From contig OZ244070.1 in assembly GCA_965215605.1 (NCBI GenBank), positions 2,976,001 through 3,040,000 of the forward strand: a stretch of DNA of 64,000 bases, read 5' to 3'. A model generated the notes under the pieces. That model was not told the origin of the DNA, did no database searches, and saw nothing but the letters and a program-made list of their open reading frames with translations. Each line of letters begins with the position of its first letter. Within the stretch, counting starts at the first letter, position 1. The translations under genes were made by a program, and so were the position numbers. Positions 40,711 through 49,271 of this stretch are shown piece after piece. Source of the DNA: an uncultured Candidatus Binatia bacterium. Its GTDB lineage: Bacteria; Desulfobacterota; Binatia; UBA9968; JAJDTQ01.

Positions 40711-40860
40711 GGAAGATCGCATCAGCGTGCCCTGGAATCCTGCATGTCGGTTTCTCCTTGGCGGTAGGGCGCCGCGAAGGAATCTACTACGAAACCGCGG
40801 GCGGTTGAACTGCGCCCCCTCGTTGACCCGATGGTCGATGCTGTAGTATCCCGGCACCCC

Positions 40861-42048
40861 ATGAACACTCGAAGCGGAACCATTGAAGCGATTCTGGCGG
40901 CGTTGGGGTCCACCGAGCTCCTGCTGAAAATGGACTGGGAAGGCTGGCTGGCCATGCCCGCGCCCTACGGTGAAACCGCGTTCGCCAGCCGCGAGGTGAC
41001 GGCGCGGTACGAGCGCAACGGTTATGCGTGGGACATTCACGGCACCCTCTACACGCCGGACCGGGAAGCGGACCCCGGCCGCGCCGTGGTGGTGTTCCAC
41101 GGCGGCGCCGGCAGCGAGCGCATCATGGACACGACCCCGGACGGCCGCCCGGGACTGGCGCGGGTGCTGGCCTCGCAGGGATTCATGACCCTGGCCGTAA
41201 CCTACCCGGGCCACTATCCGCCGGGCGGCGCGTGGACCGAACCCGTGCCGGAGCGTATGCCGGTGTACCTGCTGGACCGGGAGCTGCCCGTGAAGGAGAT
41301 CCTGGACCGCAACCTCAAGTGCACGTTCAACACGATTCTGCAGGGTGCCGGGCTGCTCGCGGACACGCACCTGCCGGACCGGGAGGTGCTCGCCTTCGGC
41401 CATTCCACGGGCGGACCGATGGCGGCGCACCTGCACCGCTTCGTGCGGCGCGCCCGCGTGACCGGGCTCCCGGGTTTCGGCTCCGGCGGTCCCGACGGCT
41501 GGCGCAAGGAATGGCGCGAGCGCACCGGCGCGGAGGAGTACAGCGAGATTCCGGTGGAGCAAATCTCCCGCCGGTCGCCCGAGAGCTTTCGCGCGGCGCG
41601 GTACGAGGACCCGGAGGACCTCACCCCTTGGGGCGGGCCCGAGGAGTACATGGCGTGGGCCAACCCGAGGCGCTCACAGATGAAGACCAGCCTCTGCGAC
41701 AACCAGCACAACGGCGCCGTGGGCATCCTGGACCGTTACGTGGAGCTCACCGGCCTCCCGCGGGAAGAGTACTACGATCACCTCCAGGATCCCGACCCCG
41801 AGTGGCTCCGGAACATCGGCGTGCTGCTGGTGGTGGGAGAGAACGACAGGGGCCACTGGATCCGGGGTGATCGTCTGGAGGACAAGCGCGAGATGTTCAT
41901 GGGCGCGAAGTACGCCGCCGCCGCCACCGGTGGCGCCCACGTGGTCCTCATTCCCCGCTACGGCCACGTGGGTTACGCGGAACTGCACAACGAGAAGATC
42001 GCCCACCTGTGGCTGTGGGCGGCGAAGGAGGGGTTCTTCGACGGATAA
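40861..42048 (+). CDS. Uncharacterised alpha/beta-hydrolase fold protein
   Basis: VVFHGG, GHSTGG nucleophile elbow, VGEND, YGHVG. Confidence 0.65.
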   Translation: MNTRSGTIEAILAALGSTELLLKMDWEGWLAMPAPYGETAFASREVTARYERNGYAWDIHGTLYTPDREADPGRAVVVFHGGAGSERIMDTTPDGRPGLARVLASQGFMTLAVTYPGHYPPGGAWTEPVPERMPVYLLDRELPVKEILDRNLKCTFNTILQGAGLLADTHLPDREVLAFGHSTGGPMAAHLHRFVRRARVTGLPGFGSGGPDGWRKEWRERTGAEEYSEIPVEQISRRSPESFRAARYEDPEDLTPWGGPEEYMAWANPRRSQMKTSLCDNQHNGAVGILDRYVELTGLPREEYYDHLQDPDPEWLRNIGVLLVVGENDRGHWIRGDRLEDKREMFMGAKYAAAATGGAHVVLIPRYGHVGYAELHNEKIAHLWLWAAKEGFFDG

Positions 42049-42058
42049 CGGCCTCTGC

Positions 42059-43189
42059 TTACGCGGTGAGCTTCCGGTGCAGCCACTGAGTCAGGACGTT
42101 CAGCGCCGGCTCGTTGGACTTGCCCGGGACCCGGCCCATGTGCCCTCCGTCCGGAAAGATGCAGACCTCCTTGGGACTGCCGTGCTCGAGCAGCAGGTAG
42201 AAGTCGTCGATGGGATGCTGGTCGTCGAGCTTGCCGTTGATGAGCAGCAGCGGGGCGCAGGGCTGGTCGATGAGGCTCTGGGTCACCAGGGAGAGTTGCG
42301 GCGCCAGCCTCAGGATCTCGTCGAGGTCACGGGTGCGGAAGATGTAGCCGCGGGCGTCCAGCAGGCTGGCCGGTCCCATGAGATATTGCTCCGCCCGGGT
42401 GGTCAGCGCGGGCCGCAGCCACTCTTCCTGGAACGTGAGATGCACGCCGCCGCCCCAATCCACCGCGCCTTTCAGCCGTTTGGCTTCCACGTGGGCCACC
42501 TTGGCGGCCCAGTAGCCGCCGAAGCTTCCTCCCATGACACCGAGGCGTGAACCGTCCACGTCGGCGCGTGTCTCCAGGTAGTCGAGGGCGGCGGAGAAGG
42601 TGCGCTCCGCCGTCGGATCGGACCCCAGGACGGGGCTCTCGCCGACCCCGGGCATGTCGATGGCCATGGTGGCGAGGCCCAGCCGGTGGAGCGCCTCGCT
42701 GGGCCTCCGCCGGTCCTCCTTCCAGCCGTCGACGCCGCCCCAGTGGAGCACCACCGGCGGCCGGTCCGCTTCGCGGGGGATCTGCAGATAGCAGACGATG
42801 GACTTCCCCTCGAAGGGGATTTCCACCCGCTCCACGGGCGGGTCCATGTGCGGCGCCGCCTTGAGGAAGTTCCGCAGCGATGCCTGGTAGCAGGCTTTCT
42901 TCCCGGGCGTCGAGGCCACCGGGTAGCGGCCGATGCGGTAGTAGTCGTAGGCGAGATAGTAGGACTCGCCGCACGGCTCCCCGTTCTTCTCCTGCCTTTG
43001 CCCCAACGTCTCGTAGCGCTCCCCCATGCGGCCCCAGACCTCCGCCCAGTGGTCGTCCTCGGTGGATTGGAGCCATCCCACCACTTCCTCCGCGTCATCC
43101 GGCCTGACCCATTCAAAGGGGTTGGCGCGACCGGCGCGGCGCAGGATCTCGGGTTTCAGTTCTTCAAGGGAACGCATTCCTGATTTCAT
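42059..43189 (-). CDS. FrsA / 2,6-dihydroxypseudooxynicotine hydrolase-like alpha/beta hydrolase
   Basis: ERVEIPFEG, GGVDGWKE, DMPGVGES, GGSFGGYWA, GGHMG. Confidence 0.8.
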   Translation of the reverse strand: MKSGMRSLEELKPEILRRAGRANPFEWVRPDDAEEVVGWLQSTEDDHWAEVWGRMGERYETLGQRQEKNGEPCGESYYLAYDYYRIGRYPVASTPGKKACYQASLRNFLKAAPHMDPPVERVEIPFEGKSIVCYLQIPREADRPPVVLHWGGVDGWKEDRRRPSEALHRLGLATMAIDMPGVGESPVLGSDPTAERTFSAALDYLETRADVDGSRLGVMGGSFGGYWAAKVAHVEAKRLKGAVDWGGGVHLTFQEEWLRPALTTRAEQYLMGPASLLDARGYIFRTRDLDEILRLAPQLSLVTQSLIDQPCAPLLLINGKLDDQHPIDDFYLLLEHGSPKEVCIFPDGGHMGRVPGKSNEPALNVLTQWLHRKLTA

Positions 43190-43230
43190 CGCGGCCTCCG
43201 TGCGTGTTTTCCCTACGTCTAATGCAGGGG

Positions 43231-43244
43231 TTGACCGCCGTCAA
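43231..43244. promoter_or_regulatory. TTGAC-N4-GTCAA palindrome (FNR/CRP-family-like box)
   Basis: TTGACCGCCGTCAA in the spacer between divergent genes. Confidence 0.45.
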
Positions 43245-43317
43245 TGAGACGGGCTATAGCCCAAGCGGCGCGCGACAGGCCGCGTCGCGCGGAACGGCAG
43301 GATCCGGGAGGCATACC

Positions 43318-44289
43318 ATGACGGAACGAAGAGTCGGCGTCGAGATTCCCGGGTCCGATGTCCATGGGGTGCTCGAAGACATCCGCCAGGCTGAAACCCT
43401 GGGCATCCAGGCCGCGTGGCTGACCACCGGCGGCCCCAGGACCGCCGACAACAACATCCGCCGAGACACTCCGAGTATCCTGGCCGCGGCGGCCATGTCC
43501 ACCCGGACCATCCAACTGGGCACCGCCATCGTCCTGACCTGGCCCCGCCACCCCCTTTCCTTCGTCGAATACTGCGAGGCCATGGCCCAGCTCGCTCCGG
43601 GCCGGTTCCGCCTGGGCGTGGGTCCGGGCAACAAGGCGCCCATCGAACGCACCTACGGGTTCGCGTTCGAGCGTCCGTTGGCCCACCTGACCGAGTACGT
43701 GCGGATCGTGCGGGCGGTGCTGCGTGAGGGGGCGGTGGATTTCGAGGGGCGCTACTACCGCGCGCAGACGGCGGACAACGAGCCGGTGGACGTGCCGGTC
43801 ATGATCTCGGCCGTGCGGCCGAAGTCCTTCGAGCTGGCCGGCCGCTTCACGGACGGCGCCATAAGCTGGTTGTGTCCCGGCAGCTACCTGCGGGACGTGG
43901 CCTTGCCGGCCATGGCCGCCGGGGCGGAGAAGGGGGGGCAGCCGCCGCCGCCGCTTATTGCGCACGTGGGACTCAGCGTCCACGGGGACTGGGACGAAGT
44001 CGAGGCGGTGGCAAGGGAGCGTTTCGACTCGTACATGCGGCGGGATCCCTACGTGGAGATGTACCGCCTCGCCGGCTTCAGGGAAGCGGAGAAGCGCGCC
44101 TGGAGCACTCCGATGTTGAAGGCGCTGGTGATATCCGGCGACGAAGCGGACGCGGAGAGGCGGTTGCGGGAGCTCTTTTCCTTCGGCGCCGCCGAGATCA
44201 TGGTCAGCGTGATTCCCGCCGGCAGCGACCCGGACGCCAGCCGGCAACGGACCCTGCGGTTCCTCGGCGAGTTCGCGCGGACCCCGTGA
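43318..44289 (+). CDS. LLM class flavin/F420-dependent oxidoreductase
   Basis: IQLGTAIV..PRHP, GRFRLGVG, FEGRYY, ELAGRFTDG. Confidence 0.88.
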   Translation: MTERRVGVEIPGSDVHGVLEDIRQAETLGIQAAWLTTGGPRTADNNIRRDTPSILAAAAMSTRTIQLGTAIVLTWPRHPLSFVEYCEAMAQLAPGRFRLGVGPGNKAPIERTYGFAFERPLAHLTEYVRIVRAVLREGAVDFEGRYYRAQTADNEPVDVPVMISAVRPKSFELAGRFTDGAISWLCPGSYLRDVALPAMAAGAEKGGQPPPPLIAHVGLSVHGDWDEVEAVARERFDSYMRRDPYVEMYRLAGFREAEKRAWSTPMLKALVISGDEADAERRLRELFSFGAAEIMVSVIPAGSDPDASRQRTLRFLGEFARTP

Positions 44290-44310
44290 ACCGAACGCGC
44301 GAATATCCTC

Positions 44311-45150
44311 TTACACCCCCGGACAAGTGGCGGTGACGCCGCCGTCCACCGGCAGCATCACGCCGGTGATGTATTCAGCGTCGTCCGAGGCCAGGAACAG
44401 CGCGGCCTTCGCCACGTCCCATGCGGTGCCGCCCCGGCCCAACGGGACGACGGCGTCGCGGGCCTGGCGGTATTCCTCCGCCGAAGTGAAACCCTTGTGC
44501 TCGTAACTGGGTTTCCCCGCCACCAGCCGCCGTGTGAACGGCGTGTCGATGTAGCCGGGAAGCACGCAATTGGCGCGGATGTGCCTGTCGGCGTATTGCA
44601 GCGCCAGATTCTGCGTGAGCAGGTTGACGGCGCCCTTGGCCGCGGAGTAGGAGGCCGTGGGCACGTTGACGTGGCGCATGCTGGCGATGGACGAGATGTT
44701 GACGATGGCGCCGCCGCCCTGCCGGATCATGATGGGGATGACCGCCTTGCACGTAAGCAGCACGGAAGTCACGTTGCGGGCCAGCACCGCGTCCCAGTCG
44801 TCGCGCTCGATGTCCAGGACCCAGCGTCCGGGGCCCTGGCCGCCCACGTTGTTGTGAAGGATGTCGATGCGTCCGAAGGCGTCCATGCAGGCGTCGACCA
44901 TGGCCTTGACCTCCGTCTCCGAGGTCACGTCCGCGGCGAACGCGGCGCACACGCCGCCCTCTTCCTCGATGATGGCCTTGGTTTCCTCCGCCGCTTCCGG
45001 ACGGTAGTCCACGGCGAACACCTTGGCCCCCTCCCGGGCGTAAAGCACGGCCGCGGCCTTGCCGTTGCCCCATCCGGACTCGATGGACCCGGCGCCGGCC
45101 ACCAGCGCCACCTTGCCCTTCACCCGCTCCCCTCTCTCGATTGCTTCCAT
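44311..45150 (-). CDS. SDR family oxidoreductase
   Basis: VALVAGAG..GNG, LHNNVG, YSAAK, LPVDGG. Confidence 0.92.
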   Translation of the reverse strand: MEAIERGERVKGKVALVAGAGSIESGWGNGKAAAVLYAREGAKVFAVDYRPEAAEETKAIIEEEGGVCAAFAADVTSETEVKAMVDACMDAFGRIDILHNNVGGQGPGRWVLDIERDDWDAVLARNVTSVLLTCKAVIPIMIRQGGGAIVNISSIASMRHVNVPTASYSAAKGAVNLLTQNLALQYADRHIRANCVLPGYIDTPFTRRLVAGKPSYEHKGFTSAEEYRQARDAVVPLGRGGTAWDVAKAALFLASDDAEYITGVMLPVDGGVTATCPGV

Positions 45151-45232
45151 GGTGTCTTGCCTCCGGTCGTTTCGATTGGTGGAGCTTCCGGGGGTGCCGA
45201 GGCCCTGCCTCGGCGAGTTCCGGAGCCGGAAG

Positions 45233-45667
45233 TCAGATGTAATACATGTGCGGCCGGTCTTCCGGCTCGCAGATATCGGCGAGGGTGATCCCGTCGATGA
45301 CCTCTTCCATGGCGGCGTTGGCCTTCCGCCAGGTCTCCAGCACCTTCCGGGCCGCCACCGAATCGGCCGTGTACTTGCGCAGGTTTTCCTCCGGTGCGGT
45401 CACCGGGCCGCTCAGGACCTCCAGCACGTCCCTCAGCGGGATCTGATCCGGCGCCCGGGTGAGATAGTATCCACCGCCGGGTCCCCGGTTGGCGCGCACG
45501 AGGTCCGCCTGCTTCAGCGAGATCATGATCTGGCCCAGAAACTCCTCGGGAATCGCCTTCCTCGCCGCGATCTCCTTCACCTGAATCGGCGTCTTCGCGT
45601 CCCACAACCGCACCAGTTCCTCCAGCGCCAGAATGCCGTAAGTGCCGCGAGAGCTAATCTTCATCAT
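45233..45667 (-). CDS. Rrf2 family transcriptional regulator (CymR-like, lacking the three-Cys Fe-S motif)
   Basis: ISSRGTYG, FLGQI, RGPGGGYYL, ITLADI. Confidence 0.88.
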   Translation of the reverse strand: MMKISSRGTYGILALEELVRLWDAKTPIQVKEIAARKAIPEEFLGQIMISLKQADLVRANRGPGGGYYLTRAPDQIPLRDVLEVLSGPVTAPEENLRKYTADSVAARKVLETWRKANAAMEEVIDGITLADICEPEDRPHMYYI

Positions 45668-45685
45668 CGCACCGTTGGGTCATAC

Positions 45686-47611
45686 CTACGCCGGAACCTC
45701 GATTTCGTCCAGGGCCTCCGGGTTGGCCAACGCTTCGCGGTTCCGGACCGGCCGGCGGTTGAGGATGGCCGACACGGCGTTCTCCACCTTTTTCCCGTTG
45801 CGTGTAACCGGCACCTGGCTGATCCGCTGCACCATGGCCGGCACGTGGCGGGGTGTGGCCTGGGCCCGGATGGCCGAACGGATGGCGTCGGCGGTTTCCG
45901 CGTCCAGGGCCTGGTTGAGCACCACGAACAGCGCCACCCGGGTCTCGCCCTCCCGCCGGTAGCTGGCGACAATGCTGTCCTGGACGAACGGCAGCCGGTC
46001 GACGATGCGGTAGATCTCGGCGGTGCCGAACCGGATTCCGGCTGGGTTGAGCGTCGTGTCGCTGCGTCCGTATATCACGAAACCCCGCTCCGGCGTGACC
46101 TCGACGTAGTCGCCGTGACGCCAGACGTCCAGATAGGTGTCGAAGTAGGTCTCGCGGTACCGGGCGTCCCCGGGGTCGTTCCAGAAGCCCAACGGCATGG
46201 AGGGGAAGGGTTTCCGGCACACCAGCTCGCCCTGCTCGCCCGCCACCGGCCGCCCCTGCTCGTCGAAGACGGCGACGTCCACGCCGAGGGCTGGGCCCTG
46301 GATCTGGCCGGGGTATACCGGTGACAACGGGTTCCCGAGGACGAAGCACCCGACGATGTCCGTGCCGCCCGAAATGGAGCAGAGCTGCACGCCGGGCCGG
46401 ATAGCCCCGTCGACGTAATGGAACTGGGAGGCCTCCAGCGGCGCGCCGGTGGAGAGCACCGTGCGCATGTCGGCGAGCCCGTACTTGCCGGCGGCCCGGA
46501 ACCCAGCCTTCTCCAGCGTGGCGAGAAGCTTCGGGCTGGTGCCGAACACGGTGATGCCGTGGTCTTCGGCGAGCCGGAACAGCCTGTCTTCCCGCGGGTA
46601 GGCAGGGCTGCCGTCGTACAGGACCACGGTGGCGCCCTGGGCCAGTGCGCTCACCAGCCAGTGCCACATCATCCAGCCGCAGGTGGTGAAGAAGAAGACG
46701 GTGTCGTGCCGGTCGACGTCGGTATGAAGCTTGTGCTCCGCGTGGTGCTTGAGGGCGGTGCCGCCGGCGCCGTGGACGATGCACTTGGGCAGTCCCGTGG
46801 TGCCGGAGGTGTAAAGGATATAGACCGGGTGGTCGAAGGGAAGATCGGCGAACGTGAGCTCCCCGGCGTCGCCGGCGAGAAACGAGTCCCACGCCACCGC
46901 GCCCGCGGGCAGGGTCTGCTGCGTGCCCGGGACGACGACCCACCGCTCCAGGCCCGGCAGCGAGTCCGCCAGCCGCCGGGATTTCTCCATGCAGTCGTGG
47001 CGCCGGCCATTGTAGGAGTAGCCGTCGACGGACAGCAGCACCTTGGGGTCGATCTGTCTGAACCGATCGAATGCGCCCTGGTAGCCGAAGTCCGGCGAGG
47101 TAGCGCTCCACACGCCGCCCAACGAGGTGGTCGCCAGCATCGCCACCACGGCTTCGAGAGCGTTGGGCAGATACCCCGCGACGCGGTCGCCGGGCTTGAT
47201 GCCCACGCGCCGAAGGGCGGCCTGGCAGCGGGCCGTGAGCGCACGCAGTTCCCGGAAGGTCACCGCGCGGCATTGCCCACTCTCGTTCTCTTCGATGATG
47301 GCGACGCGGTCGTCGCGGTGCCGGAGAAGCTGCCGGGCGAAGTTGAACCGGGTGCCGGGGAACCACACTTCGCGGCCCAGCCGCCCGGCCGGGGGCATGG
47401 AGCGGTCCGCCAGCACCGCCCCGGCCTGCCGCCGTCCCGTGGCGTCCAGCCACGCCGCTTCCCAGAAGGCCTCCAGTTGCGACACGCTCCATTGATGCAG
47501 CGAGTGGAAGGAGTCGCCGGCGATATCGTGGTCGGCGCGCAACCGTTCACGGAACCGGTAAAGGTGGGATTCCCGGATCTGTCGTTCCGTGGGCGACCAG
47601 AGGGGCGTCAT
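45686..47611 (-). CDS. Acetoacetate--CoA ligase
   Basis: PLWSP, WFPGTRFNFA, SPDFG, YTSGTTGLPKCIVH, TTCGWMMW, SISGGTD, GRSDTTLNP, GKKVE. Confidence 0.92.
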   Translation of the reverse strand: MTPLWSPTERQIRESHLYRFRERLRADHDIAGDSFHSLHQWSVSQLEAFWEAAWLDATGRRQAGAVLADRSMPPAGRLGREVWFPGTRFNFARQLLRHRDDRVAIIEENESGQCRAVTFRELRALTARCQAALRRVGIKPGDRVAGYLPNALEAVVAMLATTSLGGVWSATSPDFGYQGAFDRFRQIDPKVLLSVDGYSYNGRRHDCMEKSRRLADSLPGLERWVVVPGTQQTLPAGAVAWDSFLAGDAGELTFADLPFDHPVYILYTSGTTGLPKCIVHGAGGTALKHHAEHKLHTDVDRHDTVFFFTTCGWMMWHWLVSALAQGATVVLYDGSPAYPREDRLFRLAEDHGITVFGTSPKLLATLEKAGFRAAGKYGLADMRTVLSTGAPLEASQFHYVDGAIRPGVQLCSISGGTDIVGCFVLGNPLSPVYPGQIQGPALGVDVAVFDEQGRPVAGEQGELVCRKPFPSMPLGFWNDPGDARYRETYFDTYLDVWRHGDYVEVTPERGFVIYGRSDTTLNPAGIRFGTAEIYRIVDRLPFVQDSIVASYRREGETRVALFVVLNQALDAETADAIRSAIRAQATPRHVPAMVQRISQVPVTRNGKKVENAVSAILNRRPVRNREALANPEALDEIEVPA

Positions 47612-47635
47612 GCTGCACCTCCCGTGCGGGGCCGG

Positions 47636-48325
47636 TCAGGACCCCGGGCGAGGCTCCCGTTTCCCGGCGGCATGGTCGGGCTCGGCGAACGGACAGAGGC
47701 GGTTCTTCATGACGACGGCCCGGTTGGACGCGTCGAAGCCGGTCCTGAGCTCGAAATCGAGGTGCATCACCGATTCGGGATCGTCGGTGTGGACGGCTCC
47801 CAGGAGGTGTCCCATTTCATGAATCAACGCCAGCGCGTCGTGGTTCAGCTCGTCCCCGTGGGTAAAGGTCTCGCCGACGTGGCTCACGATGTAGTTTCCC
47901 AGTCCCTCGGTGCAGTTGCCCAGGCGGTCCGCGCGGGCGCGGCCGCCGCGGTAGAAGTTGAGCGGCTGCTGGGTCAACCCGATGACGACGTCATGGGGCT
48001 GGTTGCCGCCCGCCCTGGGATAGGAGAGCTTGAGGCGTTTCATCAAGGTGACCGAGGAGGCCGTGGTCCTATCGACGCGCCAGGGTTCCGTGGCCTGTCG
48101 CACCAGCCGGATACCGAACCGTTCCTCGTAGTAGTCCGACGCCGCCCGCAGCAGGTCCTTGGCCGTGTCGCGCCAGAGCGGTTCGTGTCGTCGCAATATC
48201 GGACCGGCCACCAGCTTGACCCGGACCACCCGGAGCGGGCGGGTGGTCCCGTCCGGCGGCCGGGCGGTGCAGCCCGCCAGCACGAGGCCGCTAAAGACGA
48301 ACCAGATTATCAGGCGGCGCGTCAT
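47636..48325 (-). CDS. Metzincin-type zinc metalloprotease lipoprotein
   Basis: Lipobox LAGC; HEMGHLLGAVH; Met-turn SVMH. Confidence 0.8.
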   Translation of the reverse strand: MTRRLIIWFVFSGLVLAGCTARPPDGTTRPLRVVRVKLVAGPILRRHEPLWRDTAKDLLRAASDYYEERFGIRLVRQATEPWRVDRTTASSVTLMKRLKLSYPRAGGNQPHDVVIGLTQQPLNFYRGGRARADRLGNCTEGLGNYIVSHVGETFTHGDELNHDALALIHEMGHLLGAVHTDDPESVMHLDFELRTGFDASNRAVVMKNRLCPFAEPDHAAGKREPRPGS

Positions 48326-49247
48326 CGTCGGTAAGAGGCTCGACATCGTCCTGGTCCAGGGCGCCCGCGTAGTAGCACCTCCGGATCTTGCTGGCCGGGT
48401 CGGGGAAGAGGTCCCGGCCGAGGCGGATCGCCCGCCGTTCCATCTCCTTCAGGCTCATGCGTTCCCGCGCCTTGCTGGCCAGGACCACGATGTTCTGAAT
48501 TTCGCCCAGGACGTGGCCGCGGTTGCCGAACGTGGGGAAGGTGTAGACTTGCGGGAACAGGCCCGCGAGGGTCTTGATGGCGGCACGGATGAGCTTGCTG
48601 TCGGGTCCGCGCAGCGCGCCGATGAGATTGATCACGAGCACGCCCTCCGGCGTCATCCTGCGGTGGGCGGCGTCAAAGAACTCGCGCGTGGCCAGGTGGA
48701 AGGGCATGTTGTCGGCGTAGTAGGCGTCCAGCAGGATCAGGTCGAAACGGTCCTCGGTACGCGCCAGGTACTCCCGGCCGTCGCCGCTGTGCACCCGCTG
48801 GCGCGCATCCTCCCGGAAGTGGAAGAACTCCCGCGCGACCTCCACCACGTCGGGGTCGATCTCGATGGAGTCGATCTCCATCTCGGGGAACTCCTGGTGG
48901 TACTTCTTGGCCATGGATGCGCCGCCGAGCCCGATGATCAACGCCTTGGCGGCGTCCGGCCTGAGCACCAGCCCCAGGGAGGCGAAGCGGGAGTAGAGCA
49001 GTTCCAGGGCGGAAGGGTCGCGCCGGTCCATGGAGCTCTGCAGGGTGCCGTCGAAATAGAGGTAGCGGCGTTCCCGGGTTTCTTCCACCCGGATCCGGTG
49101 GTGGCCGGTATCCTTCTCGTACAGGGTCTTGGCCCATGCGCGCCCCAGCACGGCGGATTTCATGGCTCCCGGCAGCGCCGCCACGGACTGCCGGAGCCTG
49201 CCCCCGCCGTCCACGAGCCAGTCCGCGAGGCGTTGCACGGAGTTCAT
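48291..49247 (-). CDS. Spermidine-synthase-like SAM-binding protein
   Basis: LIIGLGGAS, IEIDPDVV, GDGREYL, DLILLDAY, TREFF. Confidence 0.8.
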   Translation of the reverse strand: MNSVQRLADWLVDGGGRLRQSVAALPGAMKSAVLGRAWAKTLYEKDTGHHRIRVEETRERRYLYFDGTLQSSMDRRDPSALELLYSRFASLGLVLRPDAAKALIIGLGGASMAKKYHQEFPEMEIDSIEIDPDVVEVAREFFHFREDARQRVHSGDGREYLARTEDRFDLILLDAYYADNMPFHLATREFFDAAHRRMTPEGVLVINLIGALRGPDSKLIRAAIKTLAGLFPQVYTFPTFGNRGHVLGEIQNIVVLASKARERMSLKEMERRAIRLGRDLFPDPASKIRRCYYAGALDQDDVEPLTDDDAPPDNLVRL

Positions 49248-49271
49248 GCGCCCCGCCTGCCGGCAGCGGCG

